The notes below the pieces were generated by a model. It had not been told where the DNA came from. It was given only the letters and a program-made list of their open reading frames with translations, and searched no databases. A DNA stretch of 64,000 bases from the human T2T-CHM13v2.0 reference genome, Homo sapiens, in the NCBI RefSeq assembly GCF_009914755.1, contig NC_060932.1; one strand, written 5' to 3'. Positions within the stretch are counted from its first letter, which is position 1. Every line of letters starts with the position of its first letter. Made by a program: the position numbers and the translations under genes. Shown piece after piece: positions 19,284 to 37,400 of the stretch.

Positions 19284-19749
19284 TGGGGCAGGCTGAATAA
19301 TGCCTCCCTCCAAAGACGGTCTCATGCTAATCCCTGGAACCTGTGTCTGTTACTTTATATGGCAATAAGGACTTGCAAGGGTGACTAAATTAAAAATCTT
19401 GAGATGGGGGACTATCCTGGATTATTTGGGTAGATTCTAAAGGTAATCACAAGGGTCTTTTTAAGAGGGAGGCAAGAAGGTGAAGGAGGAAGTAAGAGGT
19501 GTGAGAATGAAAGCAAGAGGTTGCAGTGATGGCAGTCATGGCTGGAGTCCAGGTGGCTCCGGGAACTAGGAGAAAAAGGAAACACTCTCCCCTGGAGTCC
19601 CAGGAAGCAATCATCTGGGTGGTTGATTTCTGCTCAGTGAAACTGATTTCAGACTTCCTGCCTCCAGAACTCCAGTAAGAGAATCAGTTTGTTATTTTAA
19701 GCCCCCAATTTGTGCTAATTTGTTAGGGTAGCCATAAGAAACCAATATA
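19284..19749 (+). mobile_element. MaLR LTR (MLT1C/D-like)
   Basis: ggctgaataatgcc..ctaatccctggaacctgtg..cttgagatgggg..ctccagaact..ttttaagcc..aatttgtta..gaaaccaata. Confidence 0.8.
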
Positions 19750-19909
19750 AGTACTAGTTACCTGCCAAGGGTATTAAACTATTTAAAGCGCTTAAATGTA
19801 TCCTTTTGTATGTAAATAACGTCCAGTAATTCACTATAAGCAGAAGCCATGATTGTTCTTAGGCTGGCGCTTGGGTATTTGAATTAAAATGTATCTTGTT
19901 ACTCATTAA

Positions 19910-20298
<389 letters not shown>

Positions 20299-21008
20299 TG
20301 AAAGTAAGAAATTTAAAATCTCTATACCAAACGTCTACTAATATTCAATGTATCAGCGAAGGAAATATACTTTAATACATGCAACAAACACTAATATTCT
20401 TAGCAAAGTGGAAAAAATTCATAAATTAATTGGTATCACCTTTGTGTTCAATTCCATTCTGTTGAAGAATTATTCAGTCATATATTTCTGTCTTGAGTAG
20501 AGATGTATACATAGAAATATATATATCTTTTGGGCACATAATATAATTTATCGACTTCATATGCATTATATATATATATCACTTATCATTCTAAGTTTTG
20601 TAACAAGGCAAACTTATCAACTATTAGCTATGGGACCTGGTGTGTAGATGGAAAGAAAGTTTTTCTCATTATTCTCCCAAAAAGAGTTAGCATGTGGGTT
20701 TCAGCCTCAAAATATTTCTTGAATGTATTTGTGCTCTTTGGGTAATTTTTGTTCTTGAAAACGATGTTTACTATACATATTATTTTGTTGAAATTACCAC
20801 TGACTACACAAATTACTATTTATAATAATGACTGTTTTGATTGTAAACTTTGTGCCCATGAACATGGGTATGAACAATGTATTCCAAAAATCTAATTGAC
20901 ACAGGCTAAGGTACAAATCATGGCTATCACTAGGTATTGATCCAATATGCCTATGAAAATTTTCACCAGACTTCATTTAATAGTTGGTTAAATGTTAGAG
21001 TACAATCA

Positions 21009-21425
<417 letters not shown>

Positions 21426-23805
21426 CTACACATCTGGAATGACAACATATGCAGAATACAAATGTAAATAGAAAACATAGAATATAAATTATGAGTTTTA
21501 GTTGAGTAACGCTGACTTGGAATTGGAAGAACATTTGCAGGCATCAGTAATGGGAGAGTAGAAAATGTGAGAAAGAAACCTTAAGTCAATTAAGAGAATA
21601 CACTCTGCAAATTAGGGGTGGATCCTTGGGTTAATCTGCAGCCTGCAGTTGTACCCTGCTAGAAGCAGCTTCGATGCCACTGAAGTTAATCTTGGGTCCC
21701 AGTAAATATCTTCTCTCCTCTCTATTATCCACTGTGCAAGATATATGTAAATACTGCCAGATACATTTTTTAAAAGGCCCGGGTGCTATCGTGTATAGGT
21801 TGACATTAATGTACTCCCAGAATGCCCAGGCATGGTATGGGGTGGCCACCCTATGGTTCCTGTTTTCTTAGACGGAAGACCACTCCTGCAGAACATTTAT
21901 TATCAGCCTAGGCCAGTGTGAACATACTGGGTACATTTTAGGATTCAGTTTATCTGTTTTGTTTAGGGTTGGTGCTAATTTGGAATAAGCAAACCATTCA
22001 TGATCTGTATCACATAATTTGGTTTAGAATCTGTCACCTTACCTGTTGCGGTCACTCCCTCTGAATTTGGGGACCCCAAGACCAAGTTTTACTCTTCTGC
22101 TCTTTCCACCTCCAGTGCTAAGGCCTAGAGGGGCGCACCTTAAATCTGAATCAATCCACAAAGCCCGACGGACGCCAGTGGCAGGGTTTGGTGGGATTTT
22201 AATAGTAACCTACAAAAAAAGTCAGGAAGATAGGGAATAGGGACGAATTATTCTCTTCTACTCTTCAAATTTTCAGTGTTGCTCTCATTGCATATTCTCA
22301 CCTTGAAATCACTGCTAGAGACTTCCCAAGTCCAAAGGGTAAGAAACTACCTTCAGACTGGCTTGGGAAATGTTTAGAGCTGCCAGGGTTGTATGTAAAA
22401 TTTCCATGGCAATAAACCACTGATACATTTTTTGTTCTATTCCACCTAGGAAAAACAAAGATCCCCAAAGTCCATTTCGCTCCGAGGTCAGTGGACACAG
22501 CTCTGTGACTGTCCTGTGCTGTGTGGGTCTGTAGAAGGGCCAGTCATGGGCCATCGAGCTACTCACAGCCAACTGCACCCAAGTCCAAGCCTGGCTCTGT
22601 TCCCATACACAGAGACAGGATGGGGGCTGCTGATCTGGCCTGAAGCCTTGCTCTGGGCACTGAAAACGGGGGCTATTTCCTTACCTGAAGATCTGGAAGC
22701 AGCATGTTGACAAAAGCACCAACTGCTCTGCCATCACGTCCCACTGGGTGTCAGTGGGAAGGCCTAACCAAGGCCTGCCTCCAGTGGCTATCAGGCAGAC
22801 GGGCCAGCAGTTCCCCTCCAGGAGCAAGGGACCCTTCTTACCCTTTTGATCACATTTCCCTCTCTTAAAGGGGCACTGCTGTGGGAAGGGGTCATGCCTT
22901 GGATCCTACAGTCATGGACTGTGGGTGAAACAGGGGCTCTTGACTCTTCACTTCCTAGCCATAACTCTGCCCATTGGACCACCCACCCTCCCTGCTGCTG
23001 GTCTCCTGGCTCACCCATCAAATCCAACTGCTTTATCTAGAAAATACTTTTCTCCATTCTCATTTCCCTTTGCTTTCCCACTCACCTCTGTTTTTGTTTC
23101 TGTTTTATTTTGTTCCAGACACCCTTTTCAGGGAAGTAGATCAGGGAGGCCCAAGAGATTAGGCCTGGGTGGGCTGCTATCGCTTAAGAACACGTCTGCC
23201 TCTGGGGCTCCTCCCTAACAGCTGGCCTCTGGAGCTGGGAGATGCAGCTGCCTGGCAGTCTGCAGAGGCAGATTGTGTTGTTACGTGCTGGTCACCGCCT
23301 TGAGCCTTAAACCACAGTCAGCAATGAACCTGGAGGCAGGGCATCTCTGGGGATGATCGACCGCATCTGCTCAGGTTCTTGCAGGGCAGGGCAGGCAGAG
23401 ATGTGTGTTTGGAGCCAGAAAGCCTTCCTGCCAACCTGCCATGCCTCAGTTTCCCTATCTGAACCACCTTCATAAAAACAACTTACGGCTCTCAGAGCAG
23501 CACATTTGTAAAAACCTGAAAAATATAAAGAAAAACGTCACTCACATTTCTCCCATGAACATTTTCCTATTTTATGTATCTTTTATGTAACTGAATCACA
23601 TTGCATATACAATTATGTGTTCCATTTTTAAACAATAAGCTTCCCTTGTTTTAAAAGTAATAATCCATGTTTATTATGTGTTATTGCATAGAAATTTCAG
23701 ACACAAAAAAAGAAAGGAAAAATGACTCCTTATTGCTCCATTGAGAAATAATAAATATGAATATTATTCTGATAAATATCTTTCTGGTCTCTTTAACAAG
23801 CATAA

Positions 23806-24426
<621 letters not shown>

Positions 24427-24584
24427 TGAGGGGTTATCATTGTTTGTTACTTAATTCAGAGACTTAGTGGTATTGGTAGAAATGGTGTATATATTAAGCA
24501 AAGAATAACAATTTTAAACACCACTTACATGGTACTTCCTATGTGCCAGGTACTGTTCCAGGTGCCTCATGTAATTATATTTTA

Positions 24585-25120
24585 AATATACTTTATTTTT
24601 TAAGAGCAGTTTTAGGTTCACAGCAAAATTGAGCAGAAAGCATAAGGTTTCTATTCACTCCTGACTCCTGCACAGGCATAGTCTCCCAAACTTTCAACAG
24701 TCCCCTCCAGAGTGGTGCATTTGTTACAATCAATGAACCTTTATCAACACATCATCACCCATAGTTTACATTAGAGTTCACCCTAGGCGTACATGTTCAA
24801 TGGGATTGGACAAACACATAACGACAGGTACCCACCCTGATCGTATCACACAGAGTAGTTTCAGTGCCCTAAAAATCCTCCCAGATTCACCTCTTCATCC
24901 CTCCCTCCGTCCTAACCCCTGACAACCACTGATCTTTTTGTTTGTCTTCAGAGTTTTGCCTTTTCTGGAATGTCATATAGTTGGGATCATACAGTATGTA
25001 GCCTTTGCAGATTGGCTTCTTTCACCTAATTATATGCATTTCAGTTTCTTTCATGCCTTTTCGTGGCTCGATAGCTCATTTAGTTTTGGCACCAGATAAT
25101 ATTCCATTGTCTGGATGTTC
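24585..25120 (-). mobile_element. L1MA-type 3' fragment
   Basis: Antisense L1M 3'UTR motifs: agcagttttaggttcacagcaaaattgagc..ggaatgtcatatagttgg..cagtatgtagcc..ttccattgtctggatg. Confidence 0.8.
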
Positions 25121-27566
25121 CACTGCTTCACATGATTTCAACGTATTTTAATCCTATGGCAACCCAATGAGGAAGCACTATTAATTAATTTAGCTTTTAG
25201 ATGAGGACACTGAAGCATGGAGAGGTGAAGCATCTTACTCAAGGTCACAGACCTAGGAAGGGGTGGAGCTCAGATTCTGTTTACATCAGTCTGGCTTCAG
25301 AGTTTATGCCTCTCTTAAGTAGCCAATGCCCCTGAGAGCAAGGTACTGGGAAATGTGGGGAGGAGTGGAGCTGTAGGGTGGGTAGGCAGGAGGAAAGATT
25401 TTGGTGTTCCTGTGGAATGATGTTGTATAGAGGGCTGACCGTCATCTCAAAGGAGCTCAGCAGCCTCGAGTCTTTGTCTCAAAGATGCTGGCATGGAGGA
25501 TTTAAAACTAAAGTTACTATCTTTTGGAGATGCACACTGTAGATTTAAGGATAAAGTGACATGACCTGTTTTGTTTGCTTCAAAATAGTTCTTTTGTGGG
25601 GAGCAGTAATGAATGAATGAAGTACTAGGGATATCTAATCAGCCACGAGTTGAGTTTGTTGGAACTGAGTGGTGAATATATGCAGGCTCTCTCTTCTCTT
25701 GTATTTGGCTACATTTTTCCATGCTAAAATGTTAAAATAAAAAAAAGGAGGGGAGACATATTGTACCACTGGGTAGTTTAGGAATGCCTTTTGCAGGGAT
25801 ATTCCAATCCAGAGTGTAAAGATTCAGAGTAGAGTAGAAAGACACACCCAACTCTACTGCAGCATTCGAAAAAGCTTTGCTAGTTTCAGTTAGTTTGGGG
25901 AAACATCCCTTAAGGGCCCAGCTTCTCCTAAGGAACTTGTGGAGTGAGCATGATAAATGCATTCATTCATTCAAGAATGGTTGTTTTTCATCTTGAGCCA
26001 CAGGGTGAGCCATGAGAGATGCAGCTGAGTTTTGAGAGGTGAGACAGGTGCAGGCGAAAAGTTACCTGACAGTAAGGTAACTGCTCAGCAGTGCTCTCAA
26101 GCCATAGAGAAGGCTGAGGTGGGAAGGGAAGGGGGCTTGGAGTGCGACTGGTTCACAACTCTGCCCCCTGCCCAGGGCTTCCTGGAGTTCAGGGAGGAAA
26201 GAGAGGTAAGATGCCCAGAGCAGATCTCTTCTCCCCACTCACATCTTTGCATTGGAGAGTCATGGGCTGAGGCCCACCCAGCTGAGCCTGGGTCCCAGGC
26301 AGGATCCAGGGTGCTGACACCCTTCCCACCCCACCCATCTAGTTTTAGAACCCTGGCCTTGTGCTCCACTGCACACTTTGCAAAAGGAGACCTTCTTTCC
26401 AGCTGCATGAACCAAAGAAAGGGAGAGAAAGCACCTCTCCAACACCTTCTTGCTGCCTTATTTGTGGGCAAAAGACAAAGCAGGCCATTTTGTATTTCTT
26501 CTGTGACTGAATTTACCAGGAAGTATAGCAGTGTAAGGAGATATAGGCAATCAATTCCAAAATGATTTTTACATTCTAAAAGAGAGATTATAGAAAACAA
26601 ATCCTCCCCAAAAGGTGAAGGGGGCTGGGCCCAATGACAATGAACTTGTTGAAGAAACTTCTATGTGGCTGGGGAAGATCCTGGCACTCTTAGGCCTCCC
26701 ATGCTCCTCTCCTGCCAATAGAAGCTCCATGAGCTTCCACCCACCCCAATCCCCTCCTCCCTTCCACCAAAGCCAGAGTTTAATTCCTAACACAGCTCGC
26801 TGTGATCTATGCCAGGGATTGAGGGTGACAACAACAACAGCAACAACGATATTGAGATGCATAGCTCTATAAGTAAGCCTCCTTCTGGATTTCAAGCAAG
26901 GCTGATTTGCTAATATTCCTGATCTTTCCAGTCTGGAGGCAGCAGGAGAGGGCAGATCAGATGCAGCTAGGGAGGCTGCGATTTCCAATTTCTTAATCTG
27001 CCCCCTCTGCTGTGGTCTACTCAGGCCTCTAGGTCTAACGCTGGACTCACCACAGCCTCCTGCCCATGTACACAACCAGCCTGGCTGCTGACAGCATTTG
27101 CTTTGTTGGGTAGGGAGGAGCCCCCAGGGGTTAGGCTCTCTGTGCTGTGGACTAGAAAGAAGCTGCCAGGAGGGCCCTGGCTAAAGCTCTCCAGGACCCG
27201 AGGATACTAGGCGCAGAGTAACTGGGATCTTGAGTGTTAACTTCCAATTTGCATGGCTGGATATGCACATTGGCATACACAAGACAGAAATTTAAGCAGT
27301 TTAAGCTCTCACAGCTCACAACGAATCCTGAGAAACAGGAAGCAAGACTGACAAGTGGCTGAGGCACGATTATCACATGCTGTCTGCCAGTGCAGTGACT
27401 GGTGGCTGGAACAAGACACCCTAAGAGGACACATCCATGGGTTTTTTCTTGATGGGCAGCCACCCGCCTTCCCTAGGCATGGAAACTTTCACAGCACTCA
27501 AAATTACACAACCCTGATGGTTCACTTTTACATCGAAGGGGCTTTCTTTTTCTATCTTGGCTTTCA

Positions 27567-28065
<499 letters not shown>

Positions 28066-29640
28066 AGGAGTTCATTTTTACCTATGAAATTTGGTCTCTA
28101 GTTTATGTGAAAAAGCGAAAGCTGTTTTGTTGACAAGACCAAATAGTAGCTAAAGCCCAAGTCTTTCGTCTCTGAGAGGAATGTAACCTTAGAAGCATTC
28201 ATTTAAAAAATGCAAAGTAAGGGATGAGATTCTCTCAATTTACTTCACAGCTCAGATGGAATCTGGAGAATGATGTCAACTTCTGAGTTTCACCTTTAAA
28301 ATAAATATTGGCTATTTTGCAAGGTTTCCATAGGAGACACCAGAGCTTGAGAGGTCTAGAACTATGTCCTAAGAAAATAAGGAATCAGGAGCAATAAGCC
28401 TTTGAAAGATAAAACTGAACAGGGAAGATAAGAGCCACCCTCAAATCAGTGAAGGCCTCTGATGATTCTAAAGGCACAATCAGGGCTAAAGTCAGGGGCA
28501 GGTGGAGGTGGGATACTGGGAGGGAGAATCTGACTTTCTAAACTAGCAAAAACTTTCTAATAATTAGAGCTATTTAAACACAAAAGAATTCAATGACATA
28601 GTGTCAGGGGTCACCTAAGGCAGTAGCCAGGCAGAGGCTGGATGGCCACCCCCAGGAGAACTGCTGGAGGGGGATTCCTGCACTGGGAGGGAGATGAACT
28701 CTAAGAATCTGGTATTCTGTAATTCTCTGAAATACAAGTTCTGTACACCATAAATGAGACCTATTTTAGAGGATATACTAAAACATGTCTGTGGCTTCTT
28801 AGAAACATTTAGAATTTATGTTTGTTTACAAAAGTGAAAAAAGAGTAAAAGTGCACAAAAACCATGAATAATTCTTCTAGGTTCCTTCGGGCATTTTAAT
28901 TTCATGTGTCTTTGTGTTGCTCTTAATTTCAGATCCTGTGTTTTGTTTCACCTTTACTCATATTTTCGTTAGCTCTCATCCATGCCTTTCACTTAGAAGG
29001 TTCTAATTTGTGCCTTGGGTGGTAGGGCTTTGGAATCCACTGGAGGAGTTTCAGGTCTGGCCGTTTGTCAAATGGCTAGAGCAAGAGTCCATTAATATTG
29101 TACCTAGTTCGGTATGTATTTCCTTATACTTTTTTCTCCAACCATCATCTTCTGGTCAAGTTTGGCCTGACCAAGTTTGAGTTTAAGAAAAAAATTTTAA
29201 ACTTGTTTTTGTTTTTTAAAAATTTATTTATTTATTTTTAGAGACAGGGTTTTGCTCTCTTGCCCAGGCTGGAGTGCAGTGGCTCCATCATAGCTCACTG
29301 CAGCCTTGAACTCCTGGGTTCAAGTGATCCTGGCTAAAAGAAAAATTATTAATTATATGAAAATGCTCATAATATTACAAGTAAAGAAAAAAGTAGAATT
29401 GCTAGAATGATTCTGGAAGAATGAACATGCAGGTACAACCAAACTAATGTAGAAACCAACCAAACAACCAAACAAACAAAAAACCAGAAAAGAAATAATG
29501 AGGACTTTCCATAATACCAGAAACGATATATATCATAATTCCAATAATTAACATAATGCTGGCAAAAGAATATACATCAATTAAAACAGAAGAGGAAAGC
29601 CCACAAACAGACTCAGTGCAGTATAAAATTGAAAGTCTCT

Positions 29641-29946
29641 GCTGGGCGTGGTGGCTCATGCCTCTAATCTTAGCACCTTGGGAAGCCAAGGCAGGAGGAT
29701 TGCTTGAGCTCTTGAGTTTGAGACCAGCTTGGGTAACATAGCAAAACTCTATCTCTACAAAAATTACAAGAATTAGCCAGGTGTGTTGGCATGCGCCTGT
29801 AATTCCAGCTACTTGGGAGACTAAGGTAGGAGAGGATTGCTTGCACCTGGAGGTCAAAGCTGCCGTGAGCAGTGACCACGCCGCTGACTCCAGCCTGGGC
29901 AACAGAGCAAAATCCTGTCTCAGAAGTAAAAAAAAAAAAAAAAAAA
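29641..29946 (+). mobile_element. Alu (J-type)
   Basis: Sense Alu with A tail and TSD aaagtctc. Confidence 0.9.
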
Positions 29947-30389
29947 GTCTCGTTTAAAATCACTAAGAAAAAAGATGGCTTATTTATGAAATGGTGAACT
30001 TTTTGGATAAAAAAAAGAAGTAGAGGCCCACTTTAGCCTTTAGACTAGAATAAATCTCAAAAATAAAACCATGGAAATATTGAGGAAAAGGGCAGGTGAA
30101 CATTTATGTAATCTTTGGGGAAAAGGTACTAAAAAAAAACACTGAAGACAGAATCTGAAATGAAAAACATTGATATTTTTAACCAAAAAATGTCTGTATG
30201 TAAAAAACACAATAAATGTGAAGTCAACTGGCAAAGTAGAAAGGAAAATATTAATATTACCAACATACAGGGAAAAGGGTTAATATAATAGATAAGAGGC
30301 TCTTAGTAATCATAAGAGAAAGAGGAATGCCTCAGTAGAAGACAGAGCAAACCAGGTAAATAGTAAATCAACCAAGAAGAAATACAAGT

Positions 30390-30661
30390 GTTGCCTATAA
30401 TCCCAGGACTTTGGGAGGCCCAGGCGGGCGGATCACTTGAGGCCAGGAGTTTGAGACCAGCCTGGCCAACATGGTGAAACCCCGTCTCTACTAAAAATAC
30501 AAAAATTGGCCGGGCGTGGTGGTGCTTGCCTGTAATCCCAGCTACTAGGGAAGCTGAGGCATGAGAATCGCTTGAGCCTGGGAGGTGGAGATTGTAGTGA
30601 TCCGGGGTCGTGCCACTGCACACTGCACTCTGGCCTGGGTGACAGAGCGAGACTGCATCTC

Positions 30662-30690
<29 letters not shown>
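30390..30690 (+). mobile_element. Alu, slightly 5'-truncated, inside old L1M sequence
   Basis: Sense Alu with a long A tail and TSD-like aagaaat(a/g)caa. Confidence 0.9.
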
Positions 30691-30692
<2 letters not shown>

Positions 30693-31818
30693 AATGCAAA
30701 TATTCAGTGAACATAAGCAATTCAGCCTTGTTACTGATGAGAAATTAAAGCTATGAGAGACTATCTTCGGTCTCTACAATGGACAATGTATTTTTGTTTA
30801 ATATAAGCATCTAGTCTTGGCTTCAGTTTGAGGAAGCAGACGCTGTCATGTACTGATGTGTATGTGTGAATTGACGCAATCTTTTTGGAGGTACATTTGG
30901 CAACATAGCTCAGAAACAGAAAATATTCAGACTCTTTCACAAATGAAGTCCACTTATGGGAAATGTTTTTCCAAAGAAATAATTAGGGCTGTGTGTCAGG
31001 GTTTAGCTGTAAGAATGCTTGCTACAGTATCGCTTTTAATGAGTGGAAACTGGAACTAATCTAAATGTCTAAGAGTATTGATGGGTTCCATAAATTTTGC
31101 CATGTCCATAAACTGTAGTACTGTGCAGTATTAAAAATGTCATGGAGGAATATTTAACGGAACGATGTTCATGTTGTTGGAATGACTGTCATTTATTTGA
31201 TGTTGTTTTATTTGATTTTTTAAAATGGTGTACACTTTCAGTAAAAGAAATTGAGACTAAGTCTAGAATGTTAAAGAACTGAAGCAAATTTGGGGCTCCC
31301 GAGTGCCTTGGTTTCTCCTTGATCTACCCCCTAAGCACTCAGCTTTTGGCCTGGGGAACTTCTCTAGACAAGCATTGGGTTTTGTGGGCTCTGTGACAGT
31401 GTAAAGGCCCACTAGTGCTGGAAGAATTGGTTGAGGCGTGCAGTATGGCAGCTGGTGGCATTCCTGGGAACTGATCACTATCAGATGGCTTCTGTTCCAG
31501 CTCCTCTAGACCTGGCACTGTGCAAGGTACTGAACTGTGAATCAAGTCCAATACAATTGCGATCCCACCCTCTGGTTTCCAATAAACATAAGTTCCAGGC
31601 ACAGGTGCCCAAGAGCTGGCCAATAACACCATGGTATTGAGAAACTCTCAGTCTTTTGGAACAGGCTCTGTTTTCTTCTCCGCTTCTCTTCCCTATTTCC
31701 CTCCCCTGTCCTCCCCATCCCCCACCTACAGATAGGCCTGAAACCAATACAGTTTTCAAGAGGAGAGCCTTTTTTTTTAAGAAAAAAAAAAAAAAAAGTT
31801 TAAAATTAAGAAATCAAA

Positions 31819-32106
<288 letters not shown>

Positions 32107-32122
32107 TCAAATTTAAGTATAG

Positions 32123-32695
<573 letters not shown>

Positions 32696-33000
32696 TGATA
32701 TACTAAGATTTGGTTTCTTTTCATTGCTATGTAATATTCCATTGTGTGACTACCAGAATCACTCTATTCTCCTGTTGCAGTTTTTCAGTAAAAATAGCAG
32801 GTTATAAGACAGAAGCAGGATGTAAACACACACACACATTTTCGTGCTGTAGGGCAGTTAAATTAGCCCCATTTTGTTGTAATATTAGAATAGAATTAGG
32901 TCAATAAAACATTATTCCAAAAAAAAAAATCCAGAAACAACACTACAAAAATGGAATGTGATGCAGGCAACGTTTCGAATCAGTGAGGGAATATGGACTA

Positions 33001-33360
<360 letters not shown>

Positions 33361-33717
33361 TCAACTCTGTGTACACAAAATAAATAAAACTAAGTCGCTA
33401 CCTTATGTGGTACACAAAATTATACTACAGATGAATTAAAAACCTAGCCCTTCAATATAAAAATTTCAAATTGTTAGCTAAAAATGTATAAGAAAATACT
33501 ATGATCCCAAGTAAATGGAGATCTTAAATAAGTCACAGAAAATAAAACTCATGCAGTAAAAGGCTGAACATTTTAATTAGGTCAGTGAATAAATGTCATC
33601 CAAATAGTAAAAAAGGAACCATACAATAAGATACCCCAATGTTAAAGACAAGCTGAGGGCTGGGAGAAAACTTTGCAATGTATGTTTCAAAGAATGAGTA
33701 AAACAGATGAATTTTTA

Positions 33718-34128
<411 letters not shown>

Positions 34129-35029
34129 TCAAACACATTTTTTATCAGGCAAATACCAATGAAAACAATGGCGAGATACTGTTTACACTTACTCAGCTGG
34201 CTACCTTGAAAGATCTGGTAGGTGAAGGGTTGTCAAGATCGCAGGGGAACAGGAACGTTCATACTCTGTTTTCATATTTAAAATGGCGAGGACAATTTGG
34301 GCATACCTCAGACCCACAATTTCCTCTCACAGGAATTTAGAATAGAGAAAGGGAAAACACAGACGTTTACTGCAGTGTTGTTTGTAGTAGTGAAAAGTTG
34401 TTAATGATATTAACTGTCCGCTAAAAGCTTAAGAGGTCAAATAAAATATGGTATATCCATATAATGGAATGTTATTCAACACACAAAAATCCTTATATAT
34501 ATTATTTATATGTGAAATTATATATGTGTATACATATATATACATGAATGCATATGAAATTCTGGAAGGAAACACTTCAAACTCCCAAGAGCGGTTGGGC
34601 ACCAGAATAGCAGGGAAGGGTTTGGAACTGTGGGAGGTGGTCAATGGGTAATTTAGTTTTGTATATGATGCCTGCTTTTGTTTAAAAGGGGCATGTATTT
34701 GTGTATCTCTTTTTCAATCAAAAATAATTTAAAATATAAAAGACTGGAAGGATGCATTGTACGTTCACAGTCCTATCTCTTGGGAACGAAATTATCAGTG
34801 ACTTTTAGCTTGTTCTTTTTTCTTATCTGCATTTTCTAAAATTTCCACAATGTTTGTCTACCACATTTGTAATAAGAAAACTGTTATTTTTTAAGGATTA
34901 TGGAAAGTTTAAAAAATTCTCAAAAAGTTAGTTTTAGGTTATCTTAAATATACTACCACTCTCTCCTCCATCACTTAGATAAACAGCACTGTATTTGGGA
35001 GGGGTGGCCGGTTTTTTATTTTTTTGAAG

Positions 35030-35320
35030 TTTGAGACAAGGTCTTGCTCTGTCACCTAGGCTGGAGTGCAGAGGCACAATCATGGCTCACTGCAGCATGG
35101 ACCTCCCAGGCTTAAGAGATCCTCTCATCTCAGCCTCCCAAGTAGCTAGGACCGCAGGCATGCACCACCACTCCCAGCTAATATTTATTTTTGATTTTGG
35201 TAGAGATGGAGTCTCCCTCGGTAGCCCAGGCTGGGCTCAAACTTCTGAGCTCAAGCAATCCTCCTGCCTGGGCCTCCCAAAGTGTTGGGATTACAGGTGT
35301 GAGCCACTGTGCCTGGCTTG
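35030..35320 (-). mobile_element. Alu (J-type)
   Basis: Antisense Alu sequence. Confidence 0.9.
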
Positions 35321-37204
35321 TGTGGCAGCTTTTATTGCAAAATTAGATAACTCCCCAAACTTTGGAAGTATTTTTTTAAAAAGCTTCCAAGATTCACTTA
35401 GCCAAGGCTGCTCACGGGGTTTAAGTAAATGGCTCTTCCACTTTTCACTGATGTTCTATTAACCAGCATACTCCAAGGATTTGACTCACTGACAATAAAT
35501 ATTTAACTCCAGTTAAGCATAGCTACTTTCTGGAAATGTGTCTTCTTAGATAGCTGAGGGTTTATCCTTTTAAATTCTTTAAAATTTTTACGTTGTAATA
35601 ATTTCTAGAATATTTTACCTACTTTCCTGCCTCTGAACACAGAGCATCTAGTTCTAGCCTTCTCAGCCTTGCCATTTCTGAAGGCTGTCATGTATTTATA
35701 CTGTCAGTATCTGCCTTCAAGCACCATTTTTTTCTTCCAATTCACCGTGGGTTTAGAAATTAACTTTTTGGGTTTGTTTATACAATAATCAGCATGACAG
35801 CTCATACCAGAGGATTCCCTAAGATCAAAGAACACACAGACTTTACGAAATCTATTTTGGCTGTTTCCCAGCCCTTTTTGTTTGTTTGTTTTACTGCTTT
35901 CTGATTTTCAGTGGTGTTCTGAAGTGCTGGCTTCAAGTTTGGGAGGCAGTAGAGGGTAGAGAGGAAAGAACAGCTTCATTCCTTGCTAAACTGTGATCTC
36001 TCTAAGGTCAAAAGTTGTGCCATGACCCCAAGGCTCTTGTTAAAGAAATTAGATGCCAATAGATGAAATGTGAGAATAGCGCTATATTGAAACAGAAACT
36101 GGAGTCATACAGTATCTTCTATAAGATTTTGTGATTTTATACAAGAATTCCCCAAGACAGATCAGGTGATTATTAATAACCCCTGAAAGTCACAACTCTA
36201 TGCAGCTGAGAAGGTAGGAGCCCAGGGAGGTGTGTGCAGAGCTGAGGCTGTCATCATAGACCTATTCTTTGCAAAATCTGAAGGGGGAGGGAAGGGAGAA
36301 TGTAAAACTGGGCTGCAAAGCTCAAGTCTCACAAATAAGGACTTTTCTTATTTGTATGTCACTTCATACTGCGATAACCAGGCAGTAACATCATGGGTGG
36401 TGATTCACAACTGAGTTCCAAGCCTCTGAGTCCAGGAAGTTATGGCTTATTAGATGTTATCACTTCACTGGGAGGGGATGATGATCAGATGTAATAAAAA
36501 CACAAAGGATGAAGATTCCAAATTCCTTTAAGAAGGAGAGCTTTCCTTCTCAAGAGTGCAGGGCCTGGGCAAATTGCTCCTATGGCAGGTACATGCAACA
36601 AAAGCTCAGAGCAAAATAGTAAAGAAAAAGGGGTTGGCCTGTTTATAGGTCTCCTCCAGGGTCCGCCATTCATTCTGACAGATGACAGCTCCTCATGAGT
36701 CAATGTTATGCAGGAGACTCGAGGACGAAGCACAGGAGTTCGGGAGAGATGAGCTGTCCATGTCTCTGAGCTTTTCCATCACTCTGTGCCTCAATGTCCC
36801 TTCAATAAGGCAAGTTTCACCCTTTGCTCTGCAGGAAGGCAGAAATAAATGACTGTGCTCGAGGAAGTACTTAGAGTCAGCAGGGGGTTGTGTGAGATCA
36901 GAGTATAGCCTTGTCTCCCCTAAAAGGCCTAATCCTGAATGGGGGAGTCAGGTGACCATCCTCTTTGGGGTATAGTTCATTCTGGTGCTTGACTTCCACC
37001 ATAGGAGATTTGGAACACCCATTGCGAGGGCATTCAGAATGTGCTTGAACTCCTGGAATATTGGTCCTGGAAAGGGCCTTAAGGTTCAGTTCCCTCATTT
37101 TCTAGACACAGAAATGGCGGCCCAGAGAGGTGGAGGAATTTATTTAAGATCACACAGCTATTCCCAAATCCAAGCCTGCAGATCATAAGCCTGGTACTCT
37201 CTCT

Positions 37205-37400
37205 ACAGACTTTCTCAAAGTGGGGTCCCCTGATACTGCACCTCAGAATCACCTGGTGTGCGTATGCGCGTAAGGGAGATGTTGGTAGTGGTGAAGAGAG
37301 TTGCTAAAAATGCGAATTCCTGGGTCCTACCTTAGACCTACAGAATCAGAATCTCTGGGAGTGGTCCCTGGGAATCTGTATTTTAGCATCAAGTGACTCT
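37205..37400. mobile_element. MER5-type hAT DNA transposon fossil
   Basis: tttctcaaagtggggtcccc..cagaatcacctgg..agacctacagaatcagaatctctggg..ggaatctgtatttt. Confidence 0.7.
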